50,095 bases of DNA. Source: a virus. Lineage: Duplodnaviria > Caudoviricetes. The DNA lies in IMG/VR virus record IMGVR_UViG_3300033149_001537, positions 1 through 50,095 of that record. One strand, written 5' to 3'. The notes under the pieces are model-generated. The model was not told the origin of the DNA. It worked only from the letters and a program-made list of their open reading frames with translations, and did not search any database. This document shows, in pieces, positions 7,880 through 17,728 of the stretch (position 1 is the stretch's first letter; every line of letters starts with the position of its first letter). Both the position numbers and the translations under genes were made by a program.

Positions 7880-10174
7880 ATGCCGGAAAAACTGAGGGCT
7901 GCGATAACAAGAGGGCTGAAGACTGAAACCCCCGTAGACAAAGAGAATCATGTTGTCATGGGGTACAGTGTAATATCTACAGGTGAGGCTCAGGGGCATG
8001 GGTTGGAAATAGACCATACCACTCTGGAGCAAGTTGTTGAAAAGGGAAACGCTGCTAAGTTTGGTATAAAATCTCATTTTGGGCACCCAAACATGTCCCA
8101 ATCTGCTTTTGGTACGTTTTTGGGGCGGTCAAAGAATTTTGAGGTTGATGGGGATAGGGTAAGAGCAGATTTGTTTATAGACAAGTCAGCTTTTAATAGC
8201 CCAAAAGGTGATTTGGGGGGTTATGTTGAAGGTTTGGCAGAAAGTGACCCGAATGCGTTTGGTGCATCGATTGTATTTGAATTAGAAAGAGAGGTCAGGC
8301 TAAACGAAGACGGAACACGGGAAAAGGATGATGAGGGCAACGAACTACTCCCTTTGGCGAGGGTAAAAAGCTTATACGCTTCCGATGTGGTAGACGAGCC
8401 AGCTACAGGGGATGCTATGTTTGAGTTTTTCAGTGACACAGTTAAGCCAAGCGCGGAAATGTCTGCGTTTCTTGATGAATACTTTGAGCAGGATGGCGCT
8501 GTTGAAAAGGCTTATCTGTTTTTAAATAAATATCTCGACAACAAAGAATACAAACAACAAAAAGAAGCCCTTGAAGCAAAAATAGCAAAGGTGGTTAATA
8601 TGGCTAAGGAAGAAAAAAAAGAAGAAGTTGAACTGAAATTTTTACCTGCTACAAAGGAGGAAACACAGATGTCAGATAAAGAGAAACAAGAAGCTGCTGA
8701 CACCCAGAAAAAGAGGGAAGAGGAGCTTAAGGAACATGCAACCGAGCAAGAGAGGCTGCGCATTAGCACTATTCAGGGAACGTGTGATGATTTAAAAATA
8801 TCAACAGAGTTCGCAAAAAAGCTCATTGATGACAAGATTTCTCTTGAAAAGGCCAATGTTATAATTCTTGAGGAAGCAAAAACAAACATGCAGAATAATG
8901 TCGATACGCATATACAGGTTAATGCCGACGAGAAAGACAAGGCTCTTGAAGGTATGTCAAATGCCTTTATGGTAAGGTCAAGTCTTGAGAGTGACCCCAA
9001 GGTCATTTTTGATGTGAATCAATCTGATTACCGGGGGCTTTCGCTTCAAAACCTTGCCAAGAAATGTCTTATGGAAGAGGGCGTGTCCGGTGCTTATATG
9101 TTTGATGGTGGGCAACTGTTTGACGAGATGAATAAACGGTTTCAGGCTCGCCAGCTTGCACAAGCGCCAACTCAGGGAAGTGGAGATTTTGTAAACGTGC
9201 TTTCCAATGTCCTTAATAAGTCTGCGGGAATGGGTTGGGCAACTGCTCCATCTTCTTATGAAATATGGACAAAAACAGGCTCATTGAGAGATTTCAAAAC
9301 TGCTGATATTCCAAGGCTTTCTGAGATGGGTGATGTACAGGACATCATGGAAGGTGAAGCACCGGAAATGGCAATGATGAGCGACATGAAAGAGCAGACC
9401 AGACTAAAGACCAAGGGAACAAAGTTTATCCTTTCACGCCAGGCAATGGTAAATGATGACCTTAGTATGCTTACAACCATTCCGGCAAAGCAGATGAGAG
9501 CGTTAAAACGCCAGATGAATAAAGATTGTTATGGTCTTATTTATGATAACAACGGTGCAGGGACAGCGTTTCAGGGGCCAACAATGGGTGAGGATGCTGC
9601 GGTTCTTTTTAATGGAACTGCTGAAACAACTACTGCGGGTGGACATAATAACTATTCAGCCTCAGCTTCCGGCCCCACACAGGCGTTGCTTAACACAGTC
9701 TTTATAGCGTTTAAGGGACACAGGGCATTAATGCCTGATGCTGGGCGTTCCGGTGTTATTCCGATGAATATCGGCCCGGAATATTTAATTTGTGGGCCTC
9801 GTCATGAGCTTGCAGCTTATAAGCTGTTTAACAATATTGGCTACAATGTAACGGCTGAAGATTCTGCGGCGCTTGGAACAAATGCTGCTAATATTCACGG
9901 CCCCGGACAACCGCGCAATCTCAAGCTTGTCATAGATATGGAAATTGACCTGCTTGATACAAGCACACCTTATTACCCTTGGTATCTGGCTGCTAACCCG
10001 ATGGATGTTGACACCGTTATTCTTTATACTCTTAACGGTCAAACTACTCCTTATACAGCTTCAGCACCGACACCCACTGGAGATGCAAGGGGAATGATTT
10101 GGGTTATTGAGCATGATTACCGTTTTGCTGTTGGTGATTGGCGCGGCCTGTATTGTATAAGAGGAACGAGCTAA
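7880..10174 (+). CDS. prohead protease-scaffold-major capsid fusion (Mu gpT-like capsid domain)
   Basis: N-terminal protease-like HFGHP..GASI..DVVDEPA, charged coiled-coil linker, capsid motifs DFVNVLSNVLNK, LRDFK, SRQAMVNDDL, DWRGLY; AGGAG RBS before ATG 7880. Confidence 0.88.
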   Translation: MPEKLRAAITRGLKTETPVDKENHVVMGYSVISTGEAQGHGLEIDHTTLEQVVEKGNAAKFGIKSHFGHPNMSQSAFGTFLGRSKNFEVDGDRVRADLFIDKSAFNSPKGDLGGYVEGLAESDPNAFGASIVFELEREVRLNEDGTREKDDEGNELLPLARVKSLYASDVVDEPATGDAMFEFFSDTVKPSAEMSAFLDEYFEQDGAVEKAYLFLNKYLDNKEYKQQKEALEAKIAKVVNMAKEEKKEEVELKFLPATKEETQMSDKEKQEAADTQKKREEELKEHATEQERLRISTIQGTCDDLKISTEFAKKLIDDKISLEKANVIILEEAKTNMQNNVDTHIQVNADEKDKALEGMSNAFMVRSSLESDPKVIFDVNQSDYRGLSLQNLAKKCLMEEGVSGAYMFDGGQLFDEMNKRFQARQLAQAPTQGSGDFVNVLSNVLNKSAGMGWATAPSSYEIWTKTGSLRDFKTADIPRLSEMGDVQDIMEGEAPEMAMMSDMKEQTRLKTKGTKFILSRQAMVNDDLSMLTTIPAKQMRALKRQMNKDCYGLIYDNNGAGTAFQGPTMGEDAAVLFNGTAETTTAGGHNNYSASASGPTQALLNTVFIAFKGHRALMPDAGRSGVIPMNIGPEYLICGPRHELAAYKLFNNIGYNVTAEDSAALGTNAANIHGPGQPRNLKLVIDMEIDLLDTSTPYYPWYLAANPMDVDTVILYTLNGQTTPYTASAPTPTGDARGMIWVIEHDYRFAVGDWRGLYCIRGTS

Positions 10175-10208
10175 TAGAATTTTAACTAATAAATAAGGAG
10201 AATAAAAT

Positions 10209-10715
10209 ATGGCTGCAACCAGCTTAGAAGCGCAATTAATAAGCGAGTCGGGGCCAACCGAAGTACAATGGACTTATACCAACAGTACGGGTGGTTCTCT
10301 GAGTGCAACCTTTGGTGAGGTTATTGGTATACCCACAGATTCGGGCTTTCGGGTTGCTGCTGTTGTAGAGAGTGGAATTAATGTAGCGACTCCGGGGACT
10401 CTTGCCGATGGCGAGGTTGGTCAGGTTCTTATCGCTGGAAGGGTTAAAGTCCCTAAAGACACGGCGGTTTCTTTTGGTCAAGGGGAAACCTGTTGGTGGG
10501 ACGCTTCCACAAACAAGGCAACTAATTCTACCACCGCAGATACAATGAGTGACTTTGTGCTTGGCAGGGTTGTTAATGTTGCGGCAACTGCGGATGCTAC
10601 AGTGATTGTTGATTTGAACGAGGGGCCGTATGCGGGGAGCCTTGGCTCTTCGTCAAGCTCATCCAGCTCTTCAAGTTCATCGAGTTTATCTTCGTCAAGC
10701 TCAAGTAGCGGATAA
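10209..10715 (+). CDS. DUF2190-like capsid decoration/cement protein 1 with poly-Ser tail
   Basis: follows the capsid gene; GRVKVPKD..F.QG...WWD..A...LG.V...A......V.L pattern. Confidence 0.75.
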   Translation: MAATSLEAQLISESGPTEVQWTYTNSTGGSLSATFGEVIGIPTDSGFRVAAVVESGINVATPGTLADGEVGQVLIAGRVKVPKDTAVSFGQGETCWWDASTNKATNSTTADTMSDFVLGRVVNVAATADATVIVDLNEGPYAGSLGSSSSSSSSSSSSSLSSSSSSSG

Positions 10716-10727
10716 GGAGAATAAAAT

Positions 10728-11321
10728 ATGGCTGCAACCAGCTTAGAGGGACAATTAATAAGTGAATCCGGCCCGACCGAAGTACAGTGGACTTATACTA
10801 ACGGTACAGGCAGTTCTCTGAGCGCAACCTTCCATGAGATTATTGGCATTGTTGGGGATTCGGCATATCGAATTGCTGCTGTTGTGTTGGGTGAAACTAA
10901 TGTAGCAACAGCGGGGACAATTGCCGATGGCGAGGTTACTCAGATTCTTATTGCTGGAAGAATTAAAGTTCCCAAAGACACGGCGGTTTCTTTTATTCAA
11001 GGACAATCGGCAAAGTGGGATTATTCTACCAATAAAGCAACCAATGCTGCTACGGGTAGTTTAATGGAAGATTTTACTTTGGGTAGGGTTGTCGCTGCTG
11101 CGTCAACTGCGGCGACCCATGTAATAGTTGATTTGAATGAAGGGCCGTATGCTTTTAGTTTGGGTTCGAGTTCATCGAGTTCTTCGAGTTCTAGCTCTTC
11201 GAGTTCGTCGAGTACTTCGAGCTCTTCTAGTTCTTCGAGTTCATCGAGTACTAGCTCTTCGAGTACTTCCAGCTCTTCGAGTTCATCGAGTTCATCTTCG
11301 TCAAGCTCAAGTAGCGGATAA
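10728..11321 (+). CDS. DUF2190-like capsid decoration protein 2 with ~50-residue poly-Ser tail
   Basis: close paralogue of the previous gene with a near-identical leader and start. Confidence 0.75.
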   Translation: MAATSLEGQLISESGPTEVQWTYTNGTGSSLSATFHEIIGIVGDSAYRIAAVVLGETNVATAGTIADGEVTQILIAGRIKVPKDTAVSFIQGQSAKWDYSTNKATNAATGSLMEDFTLGRVVAAASTAATHVIVDLNEGPYAFSLGSSSSSSSSSSSSSSSSTSSSSSSSSSSSTSSSSTSSSSSSSSSSSSSSSSG

Positions 11322-11331
11322 GGGGTAGAAT

Positions 11332-11772
11332 ATGAGTGCAACGATAATAGAAGCACAATTAATTAACGACTCCGGCCCGACCGAAGTGCAAATATCCTAT
11401 GTGAATGCTGGTAGTGCTTTATCTATTCGCTATCATGAGGTTATTGGCATTGAAGGAGATGCAGATAGACCTATTGCAACTGCAACATGGGCTTCTACCC
11501 AAATCGCCACAATCGGGACTTGTGCAACGGATGAGACTGTGCAAGTTTTGTGGGCAGGGCGGGTAAAAGTTCCAAAGGATACAGATGTTGCTTTAGTACA
11601 GGGGCACACTGCATGGTGGGATGCTTCAACAAACAAGGCAACGACTTCTGCGGTTGCCAGCCACGACGATGATTTTGTGTTGGGGTTAGTAGTTGATACG
11701 ACGGTTGCTTCTGATACCGAAGTGGTTGTTGATTTAAACACAGGGCCACACAGATATACCGAAGGCTCGTAA
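11332..11772 (+). CDS. DUF2190-like capsid decoration protein 3 (no Ser tail)
   Basis: third paralogue: SGPTEVQ, GRVKVPKDT, WWDASTNKAT. Confidence 0.75.
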   Translation: MSATIIEAQLINDSGPTEVQISYVNAGSALSIRYHEVIGIEGDADRPIATATWASTQIATIGTCATDETVQVLWAGRVKVPKDTDVALVQGHTAWWDASTNKATTSAVASHDDDFVLGLVVDTTVASDTEVVVDLNTGPHRYTEGS

Positions 11773-11793
11773 GAAGTCGTTTATTGGCAATTT

Positions 11794-11827
11794 AAGGGGG
11801 GCGGGGCTTTGCCCTGTCCCCTTTTTT
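11794..11827 (+). terminator. rho-independent terminator after the capsid module
   Basis: GGGGGGCGGGGC-TTT-GCCCTGTCCCC plus T-run. Confidence 0.8.
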
Positions 11828-11841
11828 AACAGGGGAAGTCA

Positions 11842-12210
11842 ATGGCAACCGATTTAGAATTAAAAGAAGAATTTGTTGACGTGTTTCTTGCGTCGGGTTT
11901 TCAAGAAACCATTACCTATACACCTTCAGGTGGAACGGCTAAGAATATAAGTGCTATTGTTTATCGTGAAGGCACGACTCAAACGGTTTCTTCCCGTCGT
12001 ACCGGCGCTGGAGAAAATAAAAGCATTACTCGTAGATATGATATTGAAATACACATTTCAACCGATGCTATAGACGGTATTCAGAGTGTAACTGTAATGA
12101 AAGACAAAGTTGCACTTAAGAGAAAGGTTAATGATACTTCAAATGAGAATTTTACCGTTCGGGGTATTATTGAAGAAGACACAGGAGCGTATTGGTTGGG
12201 GTTGGGATAA
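11842..12210 (+). CDS. head-tail adaptor/closure protein (gpFII-like)
   Basis: F.ETITYTP.GG...I.AIV pattern and position. Confidence 0.65.
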   Translation: MATDLELKEEFVDVFLASGFQETITYTPSGGTAKNISAIVYREGTTQTVSSRRTGAGENKSITRRYDIEIHISTDAIDGIQSVTVMKDKVALKRKVNDTSNENFTVRGIIEEDTGAYWLGLG

Positions 12211-12932
12211 TGACAACAGTTCTTATAAAAGGTAGGCTCAAAGGCGATAAAGAAATTGTAAGGGCATTAACGTTTGCCCCTGAAGATTACTTTGCCGGAT
12301 TAAGGGGATGGCTAAAGGATGAGCGCGTAAAGGTTGTTGGTACGAAAAAATCTACAAAGGGGTATAAAAAGATTTTATCCAATAAGCCATTGAGAAGGCG
12401 TAAGGGTACTTGGTCAAAAAAGGTAACAGGTCTTTTTAAAGGGCATATTCCGTTTGCAAAAAAAATAGATGACTTGAAATTAGAAATGGGAATATTTGGA
12501 AAACATAAATTACATAGAGCCTTAGAAATGATGCAAACAGGTGGCACTATTTCTAGTTCAAGAAGAATGGTAATCCCGATATATAAAAACTTAAAAAAAA
12601 TTGGATATGAAGGGCCGTGGAGTCATGGAAGTGCTAAAACAAGAATGAGGTCGAAAGCATTTCGTTTTATACGACGATTTAGGGGGCTTGCAACAATAGA
12701 TGCGGGTGGAAAAACATTGTTTTTTGATAAAGAATCAAGAAAGCGTCGTGGTAAAGGATATAAAAAAAGTGGATTACTTTTCATTGGTTTGCATGGAATA
12801 CGAATCAAGAGACAGTTTACAGGAAGATACGATTTAATACAGAGATTTAAAACTATGCAACCTGCTATAATAAACAGAGGACAAACAGCAGTAGATAAAT
12901 CTACTCGACAGGTTGAAGGGAAGATGAAGTGA
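12192..12932 (+). CDS. putative neck/tail-completion protein (basic)
   Basis: very K/R-rich protein between adaptor and tail genes; start probably 12210. Confidence 0.55.
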   Translation: MVGVGIMTTVLIKGRLKGDKEIVRALTFAPEDYFAGLRGWLKDERVKVVGTKKSTKGYKKILSNKPLRRRKGTWSKKVTGLFKGHIPFAKKIDDLKLEMGIFGKHKLHRALEMMQTGGTISSSRRMVIPIYKNLKKIGYEGPWSHGSAKTRMRSKAFRFIRRFRGLATIDAGGKTLFFDKESRKRRGKGYKKSGLLFIGLHGIRIKRQFTGRYDLIQRFKTMQPAIINRGQTAVDKSTRQVEGKMK

Positions 12933-12935
12933 TAT

Positions 12936-13496
12936 ATGGCACTATACGAAATGATACTAGCTTTACACATGGACGACGATCCATTACCTTCTTTAAAAGA
13001 GGGTGACATGAGCGGGGTATATTCATACCCTAAAGACCACGGATTTGAGGCATTAAACAGATACTTAATAGTTATAGTTAGGACAAGCGCTTCTCTTAAA
13101 AAAATAGAAAAAATGTGTTACGAGTGGGTCTGTAAATCGATTAAAACGTCTAAGCTATTGTCAATGGATTATGTTGATATGTTAGGAATAGAGAGTTCTC
13201 ATAACTATTGTGTGGCTTTCAAAAAAAGGTACTCAATATCTTTTGACACCTTGATCCCGAAAATATCAGGAATAGATTTAGGTAAAGCAAGGGACAGTAA
13301 AAAAAAGTATCAACCGTGCAAAAAGACTTCTCAAATAGTAAATTATTTTGACGGTAGACCTGGATATCATTTACTTACGTCAAAAGACATAGAAACATCT
13401 ACAAGCGGGATTGATAAAGAGCAGGAAATCATAATTGATTTAGATTTAACGCCAATCATTTATGATAAACTAGCAAAAGAAATGGTGAATCCTTAA
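12936..13496 (+). CDS. hypothetical protein
   Basis: 186-aa ORF, TAATG coupling to the next gene. Confidence 0.65.
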   Translation: MALYEMILALHMDDDPLPSLKEGDMSGVYSYPKDHGFEALNRYLIVIVRTSASLKKIEKMCYEWVCKSIKTSKLLSMDYVDMLGIESSHNYCVAFKKRYSISFDTLIPKISGIDLGKARDSKKKYQPCKKTSQIVNYFDGRPGYHLLTSKDIETSTSGIDKEQEIIIDLDLTPIIYDKLAKEMVNP

Positions 13497-15799
13497 TGGC
13501 TTCAGCACGAAGAACAGGAACAAATGAGCATATAGAAACCTACGGGGCCGGTAAAGACTGGACTGAAGGTCAAGGGGGTGCATGGGAAGCTGTTTATGAT
13601 ATTGATTTAGTGACAGCAACTAAATCTGAGATATTAGAAGTTTACAAAGAGGGTGGCGGCGGTGGTTTGTGGGATGAAACTACTATCCGGTTGAATGGTG
13701 CAACAACAAGTGCGCTCTATTTGAGAATAATCCGACCTGCTCCTGGAGAGGGGCATTCCGGCATTCCTAAAGATGATGGTAGTGTAGCAGGTTTCCGTTC
13801 AACTACCGACCAGCACATGCTAGGAGCGGATGAAAATAATTCTCAATTACAGGATTTGGTTGGAAAACAAACACTTAATACTGCAAATACACGATTTACA
13901 TTTGGCACAGCAAATCATGATGAGGCTTATGTTGTGGGCTGTCTCGCATTTGATGGCACCAATGCAGGCGCGGGAGATGTAGGAGGGTTTCAAGCTTATA
14001 ATAATGCCGCTGAAACCTGCGGATTTATTCTTTGTGAAGCGCACAATATGCCGGGTATTTCGTTTCAGTTATATCCCGCTCATGCTAGTGCGGTATGTAT
14101 TGGATATAATTGTTTGTCTGAAGGCAATACGGTAGGGTTTCATAATGCATCTAATACAATTGCAGCAATTATTAAAAATCTTCAATCAGATAATAACGGT
14201 ACGGATTATACTGATGTTGGAGGTGGCTGGACAGATACAGCCTGCGGCTCGAAGGATGCGACAAGCCCCACAGTAGCTTTACGAGGACAAACATATACTT
14301 ACGTAGATTCAGGGGGAGACGATTTTCATGCTACCGCAGGCTCAGATTCTATTGACAAAGGCACAGATTTAAGTGCTGATGGTACTTACGCCTTTGATGA
14401 TGATATTGATAAAGTTGTAAGAGCGGGCACATGGGATTTGGGTTTTGATGAATATGTTGCCAGCTCTTCCTCGTCTTCCTCATCGTCACAATCATCATCA
14501 AGTAGCAGTTCGTCTTCATCATCCAGTTCTAGTTCGTCAAGCTCCTCGTCTTCGAGTGGTAGTAGTTCAAGCTCATCATCGTCAAGTTCGAGCAGTTCTA
14601 GTAGTAGTTCATCAAGTAGCTCTTCGAGTTCGAGTAGTAGTTCAAGTTCTTCTTCGAGTAGTTCATCATCATCGAGTAGCAGTTCAAGTTCCAGTAGCAG
14701 CTCTTCGTCATCATCAAGCAGTTCAACTTCTTCTAGTTCAAGTAGTAGCTCCAGTTCAAGTTCCTCATCGAGCTCATTAAGTAGTAGTAGTTCGTCCTCT
14801 TCGTCATCGTCGTCAAGCAGTTCCAGTTCTTCAGCTTCATCCAGTAGCTCTTCTTCTTCGTCAAGCAGTAGTTCTAGTAGTAGTAGCTCTTCAAGCTCGT
14901 CGTCTTCTTCTTCTTCATCTTCAAGCAGTTCCAGTTCATTGTCATCATCGTCCAGCTCATCAAGTTCATCAACATCCAGTAGTAGTTCGTCAACCTCATC
15001 CAGTTCCTCAAGTTCCTCGTCTTCGAGCAGTAGCAGCTCAAGCTTTTCGTCAAGTAGCTCGTCAAGTTCCTCATCATCGACATCCTCATCGTCAAGTAGC
15101 AGTTCCAGCTCTTCAATATCGAGTAGCAGTTCGTCGAGCAGTTCCAGCTCTTCGTCTTCTAGTTCCAGCAGTTCTTCCTCATCGTCACAATCATCATCCT
15201 CATCATCAAGTAGCTCGTCTTCGTCATCATCATCCAGCTCAAGTCAATCAAGCTCCAGTTTGTCAAGTTCCTCGTCCAGCAAATCCAGCGCTTCATCATC
15301 TTCAACAAGTTCATCCAGCTCCAGCAGTAGTACGCGCCCTGATACAATAGTTGCGAGAATAACAGACAATGTAATAACTTCATTAAATGGCAAAACAATA
15401 TATGGCGGGACTTCAATTTCTGATTATGAAAGATTATATTTGCACATAAATGACAGATATCCTTACATTCTTGTTCAGGGGCCATATTGTGAAATTGAAA
15501 CAGAAATAGATAATGTTGCAGATACAGCCATACAATATGTCATTAGATATTATATAGATGTAAATGATGAATCGACTATTGTTGATACTGAAATAACGTA
15601 TATAGTAAGAGATGTTGCAAAGGATATAATTAAAGCTGTTATGGTAGACCAATGCAGGGGTGGTTTGGCAGAATATACTGAAGTAACAGAATATGGAATT
15701 TCTTTTGAGGAGATAGATAATCAAATTGAATATTATGTTTATGTTATTATAGAAGTGCAGTCATTAATTAATTCAGATGACCCTTATTTAGCAGGTTAA
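13496..15799 (+). CDS. virion protein: beta-rich N-domain, ~290-residue poly-Ser linker, tail-terminator-like C-domain
   Basis: N-domain ends DFHATAGSDSIDKG..DDDID..R..WDLGFDE (beta-helix/adhesin-associated pattern); C-domain paralogous to 15801..16253. Confidence 0.75.
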   Translation: MASARRTGTNEHIETYGAGKDWTEGQGGAWEAVYDIDLVTATKSEILEVYKEGGGGGLWDETTIRLNGATTSALYLRIIRPAPGEGHSGIPKDDGSVAGFRSTTDQHMLGADENNSQLQDLVGKQTLNTANTRFTFGTANHDEAYVVGCLAFDGTNAGAGDVGGFQAYNNAAETCGFILCEAHNMPGISFQLYPAHASAVCIGYNCLSEGNTVGFHNASNTIAAIIKNLQSDNNGTDYTDVGGGWTDTACGSKDATSPTVALRGQTYTYVDSGGDDFHATAGSDSIDKGTDLSADGTYAFDDDIDKVVRAGTWDLGFDEYVASSSSSSSSSQSSSSSSSSSSSSSSSSSSSSSSGSSSSSSSSSSSSSSSSSSSSSSSSSSSSSSSSSSSSSSSSSSSSSSSSSSSSSSSTSSSSSSSSSSSSSSSSLSSSSSSSSSSSSSSSSSSASSSSSSSSSSSSSSSSSSSSSSSSSSSSSSSSSSLSSSSSSSSSSTSSSSSSTSSSSSSSSSSSSSSSSFSSSSSSSSSSSTSSSSSSSSSSSISSSSSSSSSSSSSSSSSSSSSSSQSSSSSSSSSSSSSSSSSSQSSSSLSSSSSSKSSASSSSTSSSSSSSSTRPDTIVARITDNVITSLNGKTIYGGTSISDYERLYLHINDRYPYILVQGPYCEIETEIDNVADTAIQYVIRYYIDVNDESTIVDTEITYIVRDVAKDIIKAVMVDQCRGGLAEYTEVTEYGISFEEIDNQIEYYVYVIIEVQSLINSDDPYLAG
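14462..15331 (+). repeat. poly-serine coding tract (290 codons)
   Basis: mixed TCN/AGY codons, in frame with 13496..15799. Confidence 0.95.
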
Positions 15800-15800
15800 T

Positions 15801-16253
15801 ATGGCAATAAGTGATATAACAGAAAACTTAAAAACGGCACTTGAAAGCCTTTCTACTTATGGTGGAACGCCTACTATAGAACTTGAAAGGCTGTACCAAA
15901 GGATAGGTACGCGGTATCCGTTTATAGAAATATTGGGGCCATATTCTGAAATCGAAACGAAGATGCATAATGTAACTGATACCAAAAATGAATATACGAT
16001 AATGTATTATATAGATTACAATGATGAAACACAAACAGATGATGCTATAACTTATGTAACAAGGAACGTTGCGGGTGATATTATCAAACAGGTTATGTTG
16101 AATGTAACCAGGGGGGGTAATGCTATAGTTACCAAAGTGGTAGGATATGGAAATGGATTTGAAGTCTATGAGGAAAGGCTTGACTATTTTGTATATGTTG
16201 TATTGGAAATAACTGCAAGAATTGAAGCAACCGACCCTTCATTGTTAGGGTAG
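15801..16253 (+). CDS. putative tail terminator/completion protein
   Basis: 150 aa immediately before the tail tube; RYPFIEI, TRGGNA motifs. Confidence 0.6.
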   Translation: MAISDITENLKTALESLSTYGGTPTIELERLYQRIGTRYPFIEILGPYSEIETKMHNVTDTKNEYTIMYYIDYNDETQTDDAITYVTRNVAGDIIKQVMLNVTRGGNAIVTKVVGYGNGFEVYEERLDYFVYVVLEITARIEATDPSLLG

Positions 16254-16265
16254 AAAGGATTTATT

Positions 16266-17261
16266 ATGCGTGATGCTCTAAAACTTTTTCTTTTCAAAAA
16301 ACAGGCTGCTGCGGGAACGCCTGAAACAACCTTAACGAATGGAGATTTTATTGAGGTTGAACCGGGTAGCAAAATTGACCCGGATGTTGCCGTAACGGAA
16401 ATTGACCTTGTTGGTGATGGTTATCAACAGGACGCTGCTGTTTCAGGCAGGCGTAAAGCTAATGTTACTTTAATTGTACCAATAAGAAATTTTGGTGCAA
16501 AAGATTCATTGGTTGAGCCGGATTGGGGGGCTGTATTAGAATGTTCTGGTTTTGCCAAAACAGATAATAACGGGTATTATATTTATAAGCCTTCTAATAC
16601 GTCTACCACTGATGGTACATGTTGGGAATATACTGGAAGCTTAAATTCCAGTGCTGCATTGCTAAGAAAAGCGGGAAATTTAAAGTTTAACCCGAAATTT
16701 TCATTTGATTTTTCAGGTGATTCTATTGCAAAGGCTGAGTTTACCGGCGCGGGAAGATATGATGGTGCTCCTACAACATCTACACAGCCAAGTAATGTTT
16801 CAAAGAATCGTACAGCCGTTCCACCTTTGAGGGGCGTTACCATGCAAATTAACGGTGATGCTGATTACAGGGCTTTAAGTTTTGAAATTGAATGTAATCA
16901 AGACGTTGACTCTACCACATTGCCTTCTCATCTTTCAGGTGTAGGACAGGCACGAATAACAAGTAGGAAAATTAAGTTTACAGCTAAGTGTTATATGGAG
17001 TTAGCGGCAACGGCTGACCCTGAAGCTGCAATGTTTGCATTAACTGAGGGTTTAACAAGTATAGCATGGAGCGCTTCAAGTGAATGTATAATCAATGCAA
17101 ATCATTGTCAGATAACAAAGGTAACGCCTTCAGAGGAAAACAGAGTACAAACGTGGGATATTGAAGGACAGTGTAATAGAAATGATTTTGAATTAAGAGT
17201 GCTTGGTGCAAACTCAAGCTCGTCTTCATCGAGTTCAAGTTCGTCAAGTACCAGTGCATAA
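16266..17261 (+). CDS. major tail tube protein with C-terminal poly-Ser
   Basis: 331 aa, position before chaperones and tape measure; PDWGAVLECSGF motif. Confidence 0.75.
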   Translation: MRDALKLFLFKKQAAAGTPETTLTNGDFIEVEPGSKIDPDVAVTEIDLVGDGYQQDAAVSGRRKANVTLIVPIRNFGAKDSLVEPDWGAVLECSGFAKTDNNGYYIYKPSNTSTTDGTCWEYTGSLNSSAALLRKAGNLKFNPKFSFDFSGDSIAKAEFTGAGRYDGAPTTSTQPSNVSKNRTAVPPLRGVTMQINGDADYRALSFEIECNQDVDSTTLPSHLSGVGQARITSRKIKFTAKCYMELAATADPEAAMFALTEGLTSIAWSASSECIINANHCQITKVTPSEENRVQTWDIEGQCNRNDFELRVLGANSSSSSSSSSSSSTSA

Positions 17262-17281
17262 TTTTAACAAGTGAGGACAGA

Positions 17282-17728
17282 ATGATACCTTTATCAAGAG
17301 AACAAAAGCTTAAGCATGAAACTGATGGAATTGTTTATTTGTTTCTTCCCCCTGTTGGTGATTTGGAAATTGATTTAATTTCAATGGTAAAGCAGGATGA
17401 TTTTGAAATTCTTCCGGCGCAATATGAAAAAGCAAAAGAAGAGTTGACAAAAAAGTTTAATGGAAAGCGAAAGCCTAAAAAAGAAAAATGGGAAGAATTA
17501 ATTAAGCAACGAATAATGGAGAGTCATACTGAACAGGATATGATTAAGTTGCGTTCTAAAGAAATGGGTGAGTTGTTAGATAAAGTGCTTGTTGGATGGG
17601 AAGGAGAAAAAGCCATTCCATTTCCTGAAGGAAATCCATCTCAGACGCTTCCGTTTGTGTTGAAATCAAAACTTTATAATTGGTATCAAGGACAATGGTT
17701 ACTTGAAGAAGGAGAATTAAAAAACTAA
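17282..17728 (+). CDS. tail assembly chaperone (gpG-like)
   Basis: between tube and tape measure; VLVGWEG motif; ends in slippery A AAA AAC TAA. Confidence 0.75.
   Translation: MIPLSREQKLKHETDGIVYLFLPPVGDLEIDLISMVKQDDFEILPAQYEKAKEELTKKFNGKRKPKKEKWEELIKQRIMESHTEQDMIKLRSKEMGELLDKVLVGWEGEKAIPFPEGNPSQTLPFVLKSKLYNWYQGQWLLEEGELKN

Noticed and set aside
11021-15485. Alternative-frame and antisense ORFs over poly-Ser tracts (ELEEL..., RVLRV...)
   Set aside because: Frame shadows of Ser codon runs.
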